Source: Podarcis muralis
Taxonomy: Eukaryota
Length of the DNA: 64,000 nt
Reading direction: 5' to 3'
NCBI RefSeq assembly: GCF_964188315.1
Contig: NC_135665.1
Span: 27,404,001-27,468,000, forward strand
In this document: in pieces, positions 11,664 through 24,625 of the stretch
How positions within the stretch are numbered: position 1 is the stretch's first letter
Layout of the letters: every line of letters begins with the position of its first letter
Program-made: the position numbers and the translations under genes
The notes under the pieces: model-generated
Told to the model about the DNA's origin: nothing
The model's input: the letters and a program-made list of their open reading frames with translations, nothing else
Databases searched by the model: none

Positions 11664-13585
11664 CACAGCATTGTCAACTGTGTGCACAATGAAACAATCC
11701 AACACCACGGTGGCAATGAATCCTGCACATCAACATGCAATTGTAGTAACTTCCCCTGACTTTGGAATATATTACATCAGGGTAAAGATGACTTGAGAAT
11801 TTTAACTATGTATTGAAGCCATGTGAGTGCAAGGTACATTGTCAAAGAATTAAACATTTGATTAACAAGTCACTTATATTTTCCAGATAGAGGGAGTTTT
11901 CTTTTTTTCTTTTTTCTTCTTCAGGGGTCTCGAGAATTTTCCCACAATGATGTGTCAGTCTGTGATCTTTTCATAACTTCCACTCTAATAGTCCTGTCAA
12001 ATGCATGTCTACTTCTGAAGTTTTTTAGGTTTCTTTTTTTTAAAAAAAATAGTGATAGTTGTGAATTGGTTTTGGATAAAGTCTAATCTCCACGTAGTAT
12101 TTTTCTTTACCTCAGAAATAGCAAAAGCTTAAACTTCAGATGAGGTTGATGGCCTGTGATTTCCTATTTTATCATTTCCAGCTTCGTGATGCAAGCTGGG
12201 ATTCCCTCCTCCCTTTTTCGTCTCCCTTCTCCACTTCAGTCAGATCCATTCTGAAGTTCACAGACTGCCACGGAATAAATGTCATTCAATCAAGTGCAGA
12301 AGAGTGCAAGGAATCAAAATGAGCAAGATGTCTCAAGTATGAACACTGTTTCAATGTACATCTCTGGAGAATACAATTGCCATTTTGAAAAAAAGATGGA
12401 GGTGCCTTCTGGAATCTCATCAAACCAATTCTCGAGACCTTTCTGTTTCATAGGCCACATCAGGAAAATTTCTTAACTTGTCCATTTGGTGGATTTCTCT
12501 TATCATTCTTAATCTGCAGAAAATATTGAGAGACATTTCCCTAAAATTAGGGAAGCATGTGTAACCTTAATAAAAAAAACAAGATGTCAAACCCTATCTT
12601 GTAACATTGCATTCATAATCCTAATTAAGCTTCACATGCACTGCAATGTGTGGATTTGCCTAAGATTAAATTCATCGTTGTTTACACATCTCACATAATT
12701 CTGTCTCTTTTACCCTAAGGGACAGCGTGGAGAATTTTAGAGGCATGAGTAAGCAAGCTAATTTTGAGAGAAATGAAGCAGATCCAGTTAATGAATGTCT
12801 TGTATAACCATAATATAAAAGAGAAAGGACTCCAAGTATCACTTAGAGATCACCCTTTCCTCTCAGTCAGACAAGCAGTTCAACTAAGTGTCTTTGCTTC
12901 AGACGCTCTTTGGGGATTTAAATCAATCTACCTCACCATTTCTTTCTTTCGCTAGATGCTCTAGCAGAGAGGAAGTTCTCCATTTTATTTTTTTTCCCCT
13001 CCGCTGGCCTCTGTTTAGATAATGGCTGTTGTTAAGTACATAGTAAAAATGCATTAAGAGTTTGAATTTACATCCCCGAAAAGAGTAACACTTTAGTTTC
13101 TATGTTTGATGCTTTCCTCTAGGATAAATATCAACAATCTATATTTAGGAAGACTCACTCCATATAGCAGAAATGGTTATGGTTTAGTAATAGGAACCAA
13201 CACTGAAGTTACTGAAATTGGATTTATTTTCTTAAACGCAACACGGACTAGGGATGGGGGATCAGCATGGTCTATACCATTCTTGCATGTATTCACTTAT
13301 AAAGTAGAATATCTGAAGACTGGGAGGCTTCTAGCACTTTTGCTCCCCCAACCATGCCACCAGAGCTAAGGGCTGAGAGTGACATTAGCTGCCCAGTGAC
13401 AAAGCTCTGGACTATAAAGGACTAACATCTGGTTGCTTTAACCCTCAGGTTCAGTCCAGGAGCTTCAGCTGCAGAGTTGCACTTATTGGAATTACTAAAG
13501 GGGAAAATTCATATATAACTTTGTTCTTCTCTTATAACTATTGCACTCCAGAATAAAGAAATAAGTATGTTCGGTCCAATTTCTA

Positions 13586-13667
13586 CATCTATCATCTATC
13601 TATCTATTATCTATCTATCTACCTATCATCTATCATCTATCTATATCATATATCTATCTATCATCTA
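13586..13667. repeat. (ATCT)n compound microsatellite
   Basis: Interrupted ATCT/ATC units. Confidence 0.93.
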
Positions 13668-14028
13668 CAAACAATTGTTATTTAGAGATATATTTTAATA
13701 CACATTTTCTGGACACATATTTTTTTTTGGATTTGCATTTCTAAATGTACTTTATATTAGTAGCTTAACAGGTGTGGATCAGGTCAGTTTGTAAGAGAAC
13801 TCACAAAGACCGAGTCCCTCCAGCTTCCCATGCACAGCTCTTAAAAGGCTTTCTGGAAGAGTACATCACAAAACCTTTCAAACATCAATGCAAATATAGA
13901 ATTCAGCAATAATTATTGAAACATCCATATTCTGGTACTGTACCTTTCACTCAACAATACTGTACCATTGTGTTTCCCATTTTCTCCCATGATTTGCTGT
14001 TTAAAGTAGTAGTAATAATAATAATTAA

Positions 14029-14364
14029 GGGACGCGGGTGGCGCTGTGGGTTAAACCACAGAGCCTAGGGCTTGCCGATCAGAAGGTTGGCGGTTCGAAT
14101 CCCTGTGACGGGGTGAGCTCCTGTTGCTCGGTCCCTACTCCTGCCAACCTAGCAGTTCAAAAGCATAGATAAATAGGTACCGCTCTGGCGGGAAGGTAAA
14201 CGGTGTTTCCGTGCGCCGCTCTGGTTCGCCAAAAGCGGCTTAGTCATGCTGGCCACATGACCCGGAAGCTGTATGCTGGCTCCCTCGGCCAATAAAATGA
14301 GATGAGCGCCACAACCCCAGAGTCGGCCACGACTGGACCTAATGGTCAGGGGTCCCTTTACCTT
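14029..14364 (+). mobile_element. Sauria SINE (full length, ...GGTCAGGGGTCCC tail subfamily)
   Basis: GGGACGCGGGTGGCGCTGTGGG head, B box GGTTCGAATCC, ACCTTT tail; TSD TAATAATAATTAA at 14016-14028 and 14365-14377. Confidence 0.95.
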
Positions 14365-14439
14365 TAATAATAATTAAATATTTGGTCTGCATATCATGTA
14401 CATGTGTAAAATGGGTCTCTCCAGTTTGCTAGTTTAACC

Positions 14440-14701
14440 CCAGGGTTCCCAGTGTAGTGCCTACAGGCACCACAGACCCCCAAGACACCCCTTTTTGTAC
14501 CCATCTCCATTTTAAAAAAATGATATGGGGTTTACTGGGAGACAGTTGCCTGTTTCGGGAAGGGAGCTGCCTGCTGTTTTTGTCTGTGTTTTATTTGTTT
14601 CTTGTGGAGAAGGTTCTGAGTATGGTCAGTTTTGTGGTGACCACAACAGTTTTTTAGCTTTCCAAATGCACCCTTAGGCCAAGAAAAGTTGGGTACCCTT
14701 G
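14440..14701. mobile_element. hAT-type MITE
   Basis: Imperfect TIRs CCAGGGTTCCCA / TGGGTACCCTTG; perfect 8-bp TSD GTTTAACC (14432-14439, 14702-14709). Confidence 0.8.
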
Positions 14702-17145
14702 GTTTAACCACTTCTCCACACTGTCTCTGACATTTCCTCACTTGCCAATAAAACTATTTCATAGAAACATCAGGCAATCTTTCAGCTGTGAAAAGAATCA
14801 TTGCAATTCAGGGGAGCCAAGCTAGCCCTCACTCCACATACTTTAAGTGATCTCGTTTCCGTAGATCTGCTCAAGAATAACTGCTTTGAGAATGCTAGCT
14901 TCTAAAGTGAGCCTCATCCAGCAGCCTCAGAATTAGTTCAAAGTGAAAAACGCTGCTTCTAAATTGCATTCTCTCTCTCTCTCTTTACCCAACTTACATC
15001 TATAGTCACAGACCCCACAAGACTTAACAATTTCCAGGGTGTTTCTTTATTCTCAGAAGTGTTTTTGGGAACTGAGAAAAGGTCAGCCTTTTTACTGTGA
15101 GGCAGTGGAAAGTGTAAAAAAAACAACCAAAAACTTTCCCCTTCAACAATGTGAGAGGTTAGCTGTCCAAAGCTGTTCTTTTGGTTAGTGTCGTTTAAAA
15201 AGCAGGCTGAAGGAAGCCTTTGGCATTAATTTAACGCTCTGACTGTAAGAAACCTGTGAGATTGTATTGAGCAGTCTAAATAAGAGGGTTCCATCAATCA
15301 GTCAGATGTCAAGAGAGAAAGGTCTGGATGTTTGTGTGACAGTCGTTCAGGTTGTTGTTTTTCATTTCAAGTTATGGTTAATGTTAACAGTTAATGATAA
15401 TGAATAAAGGCTGGATCCTAAGATATTTCACTTCAGATTCAACTTCCATTACCAATTCGGCTTAGAGAAATGCAATGTGACTGTTGAACTGCATATGCAA
15501 AAAAATAATAAAAAAAGATTTTTGCCTTACAAAAAAATAATGTTGATCTATCTATCGAATTGAAATATAGAAGCTTTTAGGCTATGCAAACCTCTTTGTC
15601 AGAATCATATATCAAATTTAGTTGTTGATTTTAGATTTATAGCACACCCTGTTCTAAGATCTCAGGGTAGTTAAATGCAATTTCACTTGCCACAGATAAA
15701 TCTCTGTCTCAAAGGGCTCACATAGGCAGGACTTGGAAGGAACAAAAGAGGGCAACAAAGAGAGAGAATTTAAATAGTTTACTTTAAAGGATAGCCACAG
15801 CCACTCTTATTTCCCTGTCTATTACCTGAATATATATATTATATAATGATATACTAAGCTATGTGCACAATATTTCTGGGACATATCTCGTAAGATTATT
15901 TTTTCCCCTGACAGTCTTATAAACAAAATATTCTCACACATCCAAAAATGACTCCCCCCCCCCCTCAGTGTTCAGCTTGATACAGCACAGGAGGCTTAGA
16001 TGTGCACCAATCTGGCTGCTAATACTATAACCTCACCCAAAAAAGATTGATGCTAAAAGACTTTTGAATCAAAGTAAGACATATTTATAGGGTATAATAA
16101 TATTTATATAGCTTGAAGTCCTGGGTTTATGGGGGGAAATATCACTTCCAGAGCTGAAAAAGTGACCTCCAGTGAGCAATAATGCCCATGGAGTCAGGCA
16201 GTATATCGCCTTGTTGGTGATTCCTGCAGTTTTCTCGCGGGTATTTTATCCCACTAATATAAAAATGGCATATCTGATACCTTGCACTGCAAACACGCAA
16301 GATGAGTTAGGGTGATGACAATGCTGGTACCAAATTGGAGAGTGCTTTATAGTACAATTTCAGCTCACCTGCTTGGTTTATTTATTTACTCTATGAGCAG
16401 AGAAAGCCTATACTGCAATTATGCTGGGACCAGAGATACGCTAAAGCTTAATCAGCAGAACAGCCACAGTATCCACTGCATGCTCAGCTCAGGAAGGGAG
16501 AAGGAAACCTGGAGGAACGAAAAATGCTGCAAAGATGTTAGGTGTGTCACCCAACGCCCTGTTTCCTACCACCACAACTGAACTTGTGAGCTCTTAAGTA
16601 GGGACAACATGAAACCAGCCACAGATCATCTCATGCCACCCACCCTATCATTTCACCATTAGGGTTTATATATTGGTGATGATGTTCTATGACCGGGAGC
16701 TAAATTTTCTTATACCTTAAGCTGAGTCATGGCACCAACAGTTGTGTAGTCAATAGCATGACGTCAAAGAGAGGAAACCTTCCTACCTGAAGTCTGGGGT
16801 TGTGAAAGTTGTTCCACTGATCGGAGCGACACATCAACTGGAGAGGTAAGAAGGATCCAGGGTTGTACCCTATATTATCTATCCATTAGTGCAAGGTGCC
16901 TTGCACTAGTGGTTAGGTGAGTTGTAAGGTTGCACAACAAGAGAATCCAACATAGCAGCTGTACTAGCAGAAATTCGCTGTGCAACAGATTGCAACAGAT
17001 TGTGCAATCTCTTGTTGCCCTGACAGACACATTCTGAATTCTGGGAGAGCAGTGAAATAATGGGAACAGGACACCAGAAAAATCAAGCCAGTTCCTGGAA
17101 ACCACTCATGCCTGGTTCCTGGTTGGGGGTTTCACAGACATGTGG

Positions 17146-17236
17146 TTGGCCATGGTGGGAACAGGATGCTGTGAAAACAGGATGCTGGACTAAATTGTCT
17201 ATTGGCCTGATCCAGATGGCTCTTCTTATGTTCATA
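17146..17236 (+). mobile_element. CR1-type 3' end remnant
   Basis: CAGGATGCTGGACTA...GGCCTGATCCAGATGGCTCTTCTTATGTTC. Confidence 0.6.
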
Positions 17237-17447
17237 GAGCTGAAGCTCTGAGGTTAAAACACTGTGAAAGAAAGAGGAAAGAGGAAAGCCTATAAAGTGA
17301 AAATCCATTTCATGAAGCGCCAAAGCTGAGGAATCTTCTCATTGCCCAGTGTTGCTGATCTCCTGAAATGATTAAACAAGGAAAAGCTAATTTGGTGTTC
17401 TCCAGATATTTTTGGACTTCAATTCTCATTATCCCTCATAATTGGCC

Positions 17448-17545
17448 TTCTTCTTCTTCTTTGGTGATCACTCATAGATTGTCTTCCAATAACACGGTCT
17501 TAACAGTGAGCCCCTAAGTGATTGTGGAAGCCAATTCTGTGAACA
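17448..17545 (-). mobile_element. Possible non-LTR retroelement 3' end with (AAG)n tail
   Basis: (CTT)n run followed by TTGGTGATCACTC...GATTGTCTTCC...CACGGTCTTAACAGTGAG; family assignment is from recollection only. Confidence 0.35.
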
Positions 17546-19156
17546 CTTTCAAACGTTGGAAGTGGCCATATGTTATGACACGCCACTCCTTCCTGGGTAA
17601 TCATCCCACAAAAAAATAAATGGTTCCTTCCATGGACCTCTGAAGGTAGTCATATTTTCCCCCATACAATGTCCCTGGTAGCCTTAATCCACACGTCTAC
17701 ATCCTGATGAGTCACAGATGGGGCTTCACATTGTGGTGTGAACCAAAATCCGCCCCCCATCCCTAGATACACTGCTAGGTTTTGCAATCCTGCACAAGCC
17801 ACACAACTTGGCAACATGACCAGAGGGAAGAGCACCAATGGCGCTACTTGCGCAGGGCAGTAGTTATCTCTTGGCCTTTAAATCACCTATAAAGCAGGTA
17901 GGAGAACAGCTTGTCTCATTCAGACCTGTATTTGTGCCCCTGCTATGAGAATAGTTGAGAGGGGAAGTGGCATCTGGCTTTGCTGATTTCCAAGGCTTAA
18001 TCTACAAGTTTGAGTAACAGTCTGTTTTAGTTACAAATATAGGTATGAGTCATAAGCTAATTTTGTGCACAGTGTGTGCTCTGTTCAGCTGAGATGAATG
18101 AGAATAATGCCTTTAATTTAAAACAAAGTTATCTCTAAAGACTGAAAATAAACAAGCATGGACGATAAATATTGTTAATAGAGCTGCATTCCCCCCCCCC
18201 CACTTGGAAGTGATAATTAAGGTTGAAACCTGAACCCATTAACATGATTTCACCATTGATTTTAGCGGGAGTCAATAGACAGTAGGAGTACTGATGAATT
18301 CAGCCCCACTCAAAATTTTTGTGTATGTATTCTGGTTGAAACAGAATTTGTATACTATATTTTAATGAATTTCCATTTATAACAAATTGCTACAACACAA
18401 CATGTAGAGCAATAGCATATATTAGCAGAACAACAATTAAAATATCCCATTATAATTAAGACAACACTGAATGTTCTCCTTTTTCAGTGTTTGGGTCAGG
18501 AAAGCTGCTTTTAGCAGGAGGAATGCTTACTAACAACAACTCTTAATAAAGATAATGTTCACATTTTTCAGCCCAGTGTCATTTGTTTCTTCTTATCTGC
18601 TATGCTGCTGTTTCTGTGCGACTATTTCCTGGATAGGACTTTAAAAAAAAAAAAATCTTTCCTAGAGAGATCCCAGTCAATTTGGGATCACTCAGTAAAT
18701 ATGGTCACAACTCAAGATTACCTATTCAGTCCGTTTGGACAATAGCCTTGTGCAAGTGTTACTCACATAGAGCATTCTTTCCCATAGCCAGAGAAGCAAG
18801 GCTACACCACTAGCCCCAGCCATGGTGAAGCCAAGCTAACTCTACCTGCCACATATTGAGCATGGTGTTTGAAGAGGAAACCCCACATGTGAGCAGAGCC
18901 CCTCTGCCTGAGTAACTGTGATTGGGGAAACCACAACATTGGAGACTACCAGGGACGGCAGCAGGCTGATTCCTCTACTCGTAATACATGACAGCTCTAT
19001 ATGCAACTTCCATGTGAAGAAGATGGATGAGTTTTCGCTAATCAGGAGAAAGAATTAAAAAGGACTGGAGGGAAATGGCCTTTCCCAGATTACTTGAGTG
19101 TGGCAGCAATACTGTGGAACTCTGTCTATTGACATCACACAGGCACCTTCACTATA

Positions 19157-19397
19157 CAGTGGTACCTCAGGTTACATAAGCTTCAGGTTACATACGCCTC
19201 AGGTTAAAGACTCCGCTAACCCAGAAATAGTGCTTCAGGTTAAGAACTTTGCTTCAGAATGAGAACCGAAATCGTGCTCCGGCGGCGCGGCAGCAGCAGG
19301 AGGCCCCATTAGCTAAAGTGGTCTTCAGGTTAAGAACAGTTTCAGGTTAAGTACGGACCTCCGGAACGAATTAAGTACTTAACCTGAGGTACCACTG
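19157..19397. mobile_element. Tc1/mariner-type MITE
   Basis: TA|CAGTGGTACCTCAGGTTA ... TTAACCTGAGGTACCACTG|TA; repeated CAGGTTA subterminal motifs. Confidence 0.93.
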
Positions 19398-20059
19398 TAC
19401 TCTTTTGGTGTCTCCTAAAAAGTATCTTAGACATGTATAACGTCACCACATGTTTTAATGTAGCTTTTAGCTTATTGTTGATTTTAATTGCATTTGAAAG
19501 TTTTAAATAGTTGTTTTTAAATATTTTTACTGATAATTCCATTATTCTTTTTGTAAACCACTCTAAGGTATGTTTTTAACAGTCAAACAATCAAATTCTG
19601 TGAACTTAATAAATTCACCACTTTGCTCAGAAGGGCCATTTCTGCAACTGTTTTCATCCTAAATTCTAATGGCATGATGTTTTACAAATGGCTGTTTAAC
19701 CATGGCAGCAGCAGTGGTTTTCTGTCATTTCCCTTAAAGCTGTCAGTTCTGCTGGTGGTTTTGGTGGAGGCAGAAAGAGTAGAGATCTGGCTTCTGGTAC
19801 CAAGTTCCCCCTCCAACTCCCTGGATTGGGTCAATTCTGCCCTGTCCTTGAGGTTTCCCATTCCCTGTCCCTGCTGAATACCTCAGAAAAATCCTCAGCC
19901 ACTGCAGGCAGTGCCTCCCCATCTCTAGCAGTCAGGAACATGAATGTGTAGCTAAATGCTATCCCATACTGTGGAAATTAGACATAACCTAACTATGTGG
20001 AAGCTAAATAACTGGTACAACTGCAGCCTCAGTCACCACCAGTCCATTCAGCTCAGTAT

Positions 20060-20469
20060 GTTGTTGTTGTTTAGTCGTTTAGTCGTGTCCGACTCTTCAT
20101 GACCCCATGGACCAGAGCACGCCAGGCACTCCTGTCTTCCACTGCCTCCCACACTTTGGTCAGACTCATGTTAGTAGCTTCGAGAACACTGTCCAACCAT
20201 CTCGCCCTCTGTCGTCCCCTTCTCCTTGTGCCCTCCATCTTTCCGAACATCAGGGTCTTTTCCAGGGAGTCTTCTCTTCTCATGAGGTGGCCAAAGTATT
20301 GGAGCCTCAGCTTCACGATCTGTCCTTCCAGTGAGAACTCAGGGCTAATTTCCTTAAGAATGGATGTGTTTGATCTTCTTGCAGTCCATGGGACTCTCAA
20401 AAGTCTCCTCCAGCACCATAATTCAAAAGCATCAATTCTTCGGCAATCAGCCTTCTTTGTGGTCCAGCT
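20060..20469 (-). mobile_element. Bov-B (RTE clade) LINE, 5'-truncated 3' fragment
   Basis: ORF 20071-20400: [57 protein letters not shown] (RTE ORF C-terminus); (AAC)n tail; 13-bp TSD TTCAGCTCAGTAT at 20047-20059 and 20470-20482. Confidence 0.95.
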
Positions 20470-21489
20470 TTCAGCTCAGTATAGTCCACACTAACTAGCA
20501 GTATTGTCAACATGAACTCTCCAGGATTTCAAACAGAGAACATAACCAGCTGTACTTGGAGATGGCACGTATGGAATCTGGGATCTTCCTGACAAACAGA
20601 TGATGTTCCACCGTATTGTAATTTACCAATATTGAATTCCTCAAGCATCTCTAATATGTAGTTTAATAGGCTTAAGAAAATCTTGCTTGCCTCTGTTTTT
20701 ATCTGGCTTTTAACACTCTTTTTTGTTTTTGTTGTTTTAATGTTATTTGTTTTATTTAGCTGTTTTTAATTATGTTGATTGTTTGTGCTCTGAGAATTCT
20801 TCAGAGTTGAAGAGTGGAGCTGAAATATTTGTATAAACACATCCATAAATAAAACACCCAATGGGTCGACAAAACTGCAATTCAGTCCAATTACAACCCC
20901 CTGCTTCAAGTACAGAAAACAAATAATACCCCATAAGGAGGCCAAAATGTTCCTAAGAAGTGAAAAAAGAGAGAACCAGGAGGCTAATCCAGTTATTGCA
21001 AGGGAAAGGTTTGGTGTTTGATAGTTAGTTTGTTGGGAAATCAAAATCCAAAGAGTTAGAGGCAAACATTACATTCATCCATGAACATTCAACTATTCAG
21101 TGTATGTAGCAACAAGGTAGCTGAACAGAATATGAATTTTAACCTCTGACTTTGAGAGGTCAAGGAAAGCTTTTAAGAATTAGCTCTAGGGAAATAGATA
21201 AGTGAGATAAGATTTTTGAACGTCAGAGGCCTCTTTCATTTAGCAGATGAAGGACACGTATGCATTGTCTGAAAAATAGAACATTACTAATAGAAAACAA
21301 GGTGCAAGCTTGAAGCTCAAATGATTATCCACTTGAAAATGTTGAAGAGGGTCCTCTGAAACTGTCTCCTGCTTCCATGTGGTTTCACCTGAAGCCATTA
21401 AGTCGTTGAGTTAATAAATATCTGTTGCTGAGGATCAGGAGTGGGAAAGTGCTATTGTACTCTCCTGACCTGTCCTTCTTGTGGACTTT

Positions 21490-21578
21490 CCATAAGCATT
21501 AGACCAACCACTGTAGGGACCAAATGCTGCACTAGATAGATCTTTGGTCTGCTCCAGCAAGACTCTTGTGCTCTTATC
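21490..21578 (+). mobile_element. CR1-type 3' end remnant
   Basis: ATGCTGCACTAGATAGATCTTTGGTCTGCTCCAGCAAGACTCTTGTGCTCTTAT, similar to the 3' ends at 2790 and 17180. Confidence 0.5.
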
Positions 21579-21961
21579 GACAACAGAATACAGAGAGATA
21601 TTCTAGGCACAGCCTAAGGATTGAACCAGCCTAAAGGGAGTGTTAATCAAACACCAGGCACGTACTCAATATCATAAACAAAAGCCCTGCATTTCAGAAG
21701 TTATTTACTTCTGCGTTTTCAAAAATACAAATTTTAAATCCTCCTAGATATGCAGAACAAGTTTTTTGGGGGGGTTTTCTGAATTATGGTTTGAATGGGG
21801 TTTTAAAAAATATTAAATCCCATAGGATTTAATCTGCATTTCTTTCACAAAGTGAATCAGCCTCCAGCAATCGTGATTTATGATGTTGCTGTTCTGGTGC
21901 TAGTCCTGCAGTTGGCTGATATGCCAGGCAACAACAAAGAAAGGTGCTTTGCTGCCTTAAA

Positions 21962-22085
21962 GCAAGCTTCCCCAACCTGGTGCCCTCAAAATGTTTTGGA
22001 CTATAACTCCCATCATCCTTGACCACTGGCCATGCCAAGTGGGGCTGATGGGAATTGGACATCTGGAAACACCAGAGCCTGCATT
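21962..22085. mobile_element. Palindromic ~130-bp MITE family copy
   Basis: GGACTATAACTCCCATCATCC ... GATGGGAATTGGA inverted arms; relatives at about 34365, 39555, 43055, 45863 and 46995. Confidence 0.6.
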
Positions 22086-23496
22086 AGAGATACCTGAGTT
22101 AGTGCTGGGTGAAAATATTTGGCCTGCAGTTACCTGCCAATATAGGGGAAGGCAATAAAATATTTTGGGAACCAAATTCTATTAATATTCAGGAGATTGG
22201 GTGCTTACCTTTATAAGGTGAAACTGAGGTTCTTGAAGCAGCAGCAGAACTTTGATTAGCAGCACAGTGTGGGTCCCCCCCCCCCCATTTGCCACAGAAC
22301 AATGGGAAGGATGCTCTGAGGAGCAAGCCTCCCACAAAAATTAATAGAATTCAGCTGCACTAATTGAAAACCTGCCTTAAAAGCACACCATCACTTCCTG
22401 GGGGACCAAAGGACCCTATAAAAGCAAGGGTGATATTTGGTCTAGCACTACTGAATTTTCAGAAGGGGCGAAGGGAGAAAATGTGTCAGTTTGGCATTCA
22501 GACATATGGAGAAACAGAATATAGTGATGACCCTTAATTCTATAAGCTCTCTTCTTAACGCAGTCACTGTCAGTTATGGGAGAGGGTTGGGCGGTGTTCT
22601 GTGACAATATGTTGTCAGTGTGGCCTTCTTTCTAAAAGAGTCTCCTTCTTCCACTGTCATCACTACCCTGACACTTGGCCTTCCCTCTGAGTCAGTTGGC
22701 ACCACCTCCAGAAGGAGGGAAGAAGAAAGAGAGAGGGAAATTCCTCCTCCTTATTTCTCACTGTTTGCTATCTGATTTTTAAAAAAATAAAGGAAGAATG
22801 ATTAAAGATTTTCTTGGATTACAAAAGTACATACAATGTCTCTTTTTCAGGTTGTACTTTTCTACAGAGAATGTAGATGAGCCAGCAACAATAATGGAAG
22901 GGAAGTGTGACTCCAAGAATGGGTAGTCAACCACGTGTTGGAGTGTGGTCTTTGGCAATTGGCCAATAGTGCTGCCTCCTGAAACCAGCCTTGAATGCAG
23001 AACCACAACACACAGAAAGCACTAATGCACAATAAAGAGACTTTATCTACAACTGTCTAGAATATTATCATTAGCACATTGTGTGCATTAACTAGTTTAC
23101 CAATGCCAGAATGTCTGTGTTATCAAAATCTGTTAAGTACGCAATGAACACTGTCTGCACTTTTCTGCATTTCATTTATCTCTGACCTCACTTTTTCCAA
23201 CACGCCCCCCCCCACAATTTACGTATGTACCTGCAACTCATGACAGTGCTCCATGCATCTAATGAATTAGACCATAGTCACAAATTCTTATGTCACAAAA
23301 TGTGTTAGTCTTTATATTCCACAAGACTCTCCATTGTTTTTGCTGCGAAAGGCTTACACAGCTACTCCCCTGGAAATAGATGACCACTGTCCTTTTTGTG
23401 TTTAAAATGAAAGGATTTTGATTGATGCATTGATTTATGTTAAAGAGACACACAAGTTTGTCAATCATAGCAAATCTCAGGTACAATGTACTATAC

Positions 23497-23749
23497 CAAG
23501 GGTCGGCAAACTTTTTCAGCAGGCGGCCAGTCCACTATCCCTCAGACCTTGTGGGGGCCGGACTATATTTTGAAGGGGGGAAATGAATGAATTCCTATGC
23601 TCCACAAATAACCCAGATATGCATTTTAAATTAAAGCACACATACTACTCATGTAAAAACACGCTGATTCCCAGACCGTCCGCGGGCCGGAAGGCACGGA
23701 AGGTGATTGGGCTGGATCCGGCCCCCGGGCATTAGTTTACCTACCCATG
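23497..23749. mobile_element. hAT-type MITE
   Basis: TIRs CAAGGGTCGGCAAAC / GTTTACCTACCCATG; perfect 8-bp TSD TACTATAC (23489-23496, 23750-23757); same family as 39972 in the opposite orientation. Confidence 0.9.
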
Positions 23750-23993
23750 TACTATACTGAACACAACCGGAGATAAAGAGTTCTCCATTTGTTACTTTTC
23801 ACCCTTTGTTTAGGATTATTAAATTGCCTCTCCTCCAAATGAGTACATAAAACAGAATATATACGTGTGAAATCTGAAATAAAGATATTGAAAGATATCC
23901 TGTTCCAAAGATACATCAGCTGACCAATAAAAACTCTAGGCATAAACATTCTTCCAGGATTTTTAACCCTCCATCAAATTGATGGACAGACTG

Positions 23994-24625
23994 TGTGATG
24001 GCCTGGGACTCGGGCTCGGGCTTGGAACCAGAGGAGACTCAGTCTGCACCGGATCCTTTGCCTCAGGCATCATCTGAACCAAGTCTGGGGCCTGATCCTG
24101 AAGAGTCCCAGTCTGCACAGGTTCCCCTGCTACAAACACCAGCTGGGCCAAGTCAGGGGCCTGGGCCTGCCCTGGCTCCAGATGTGGGGATTACCTCGTT
24201 GCCTTCAGCTGGGCCATCACTTACAGCTGCTCCACTACTGGTTTGGTCAGGGGAGGCTGAGACGGCCCCTGGGTCTAGTAACCCACCGACGTCTCCCGAG
24301 CTGCAGAGACTAAGGTCTGAGGGAAGGAGAGACCTGAGTACTCACAGGAGGAGTGCTTACCTTTGGGCGAAACAGGGAGGTGAGTTGCTGGGAGGATCAG
24401 AACTGGCCGTTACCCCGGCAAAGAAAAATGGCTGTCGGACCCGACCCCAGGTTGCAGGAGCAACATTGCTTTATGCTAGATCCTGCCTGAGATCCTGTAC
24501 CTGTCCTTCCTTGGTTTCCTGCCTCATGTCCTGCCTTGGCCCTGTCAGACTGACTCCTAGCAGAACCTTTGGATTCTGGACAAGTCCTGGACTGTATTTC
24601 ACAGGTTACCCCCGGGCCCAGCACA
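23994..24625 (+). mobile_element. Solo LTR (632 bp), probably Ty3/Gypsy-type, open in one reading frame throughout
   Basis: TGTGATGGCC...GGCCCAGCACA termini (TG...CA, imperfect inverted repeat); 5-bp TSD GACTG (23989-23993, 24626-24630); GC-rich island in AT-rich flanks; ORF 23995-24642. Confidence 0.85.

Noticed and set aside
12140-12520. Protein-like open frames on both strands with plausible acceptors (possible terminal exon)
   Set aside because: Several mutually exclusive frames and strands look equally plausible and none is recognisable, so no CDS can be supported
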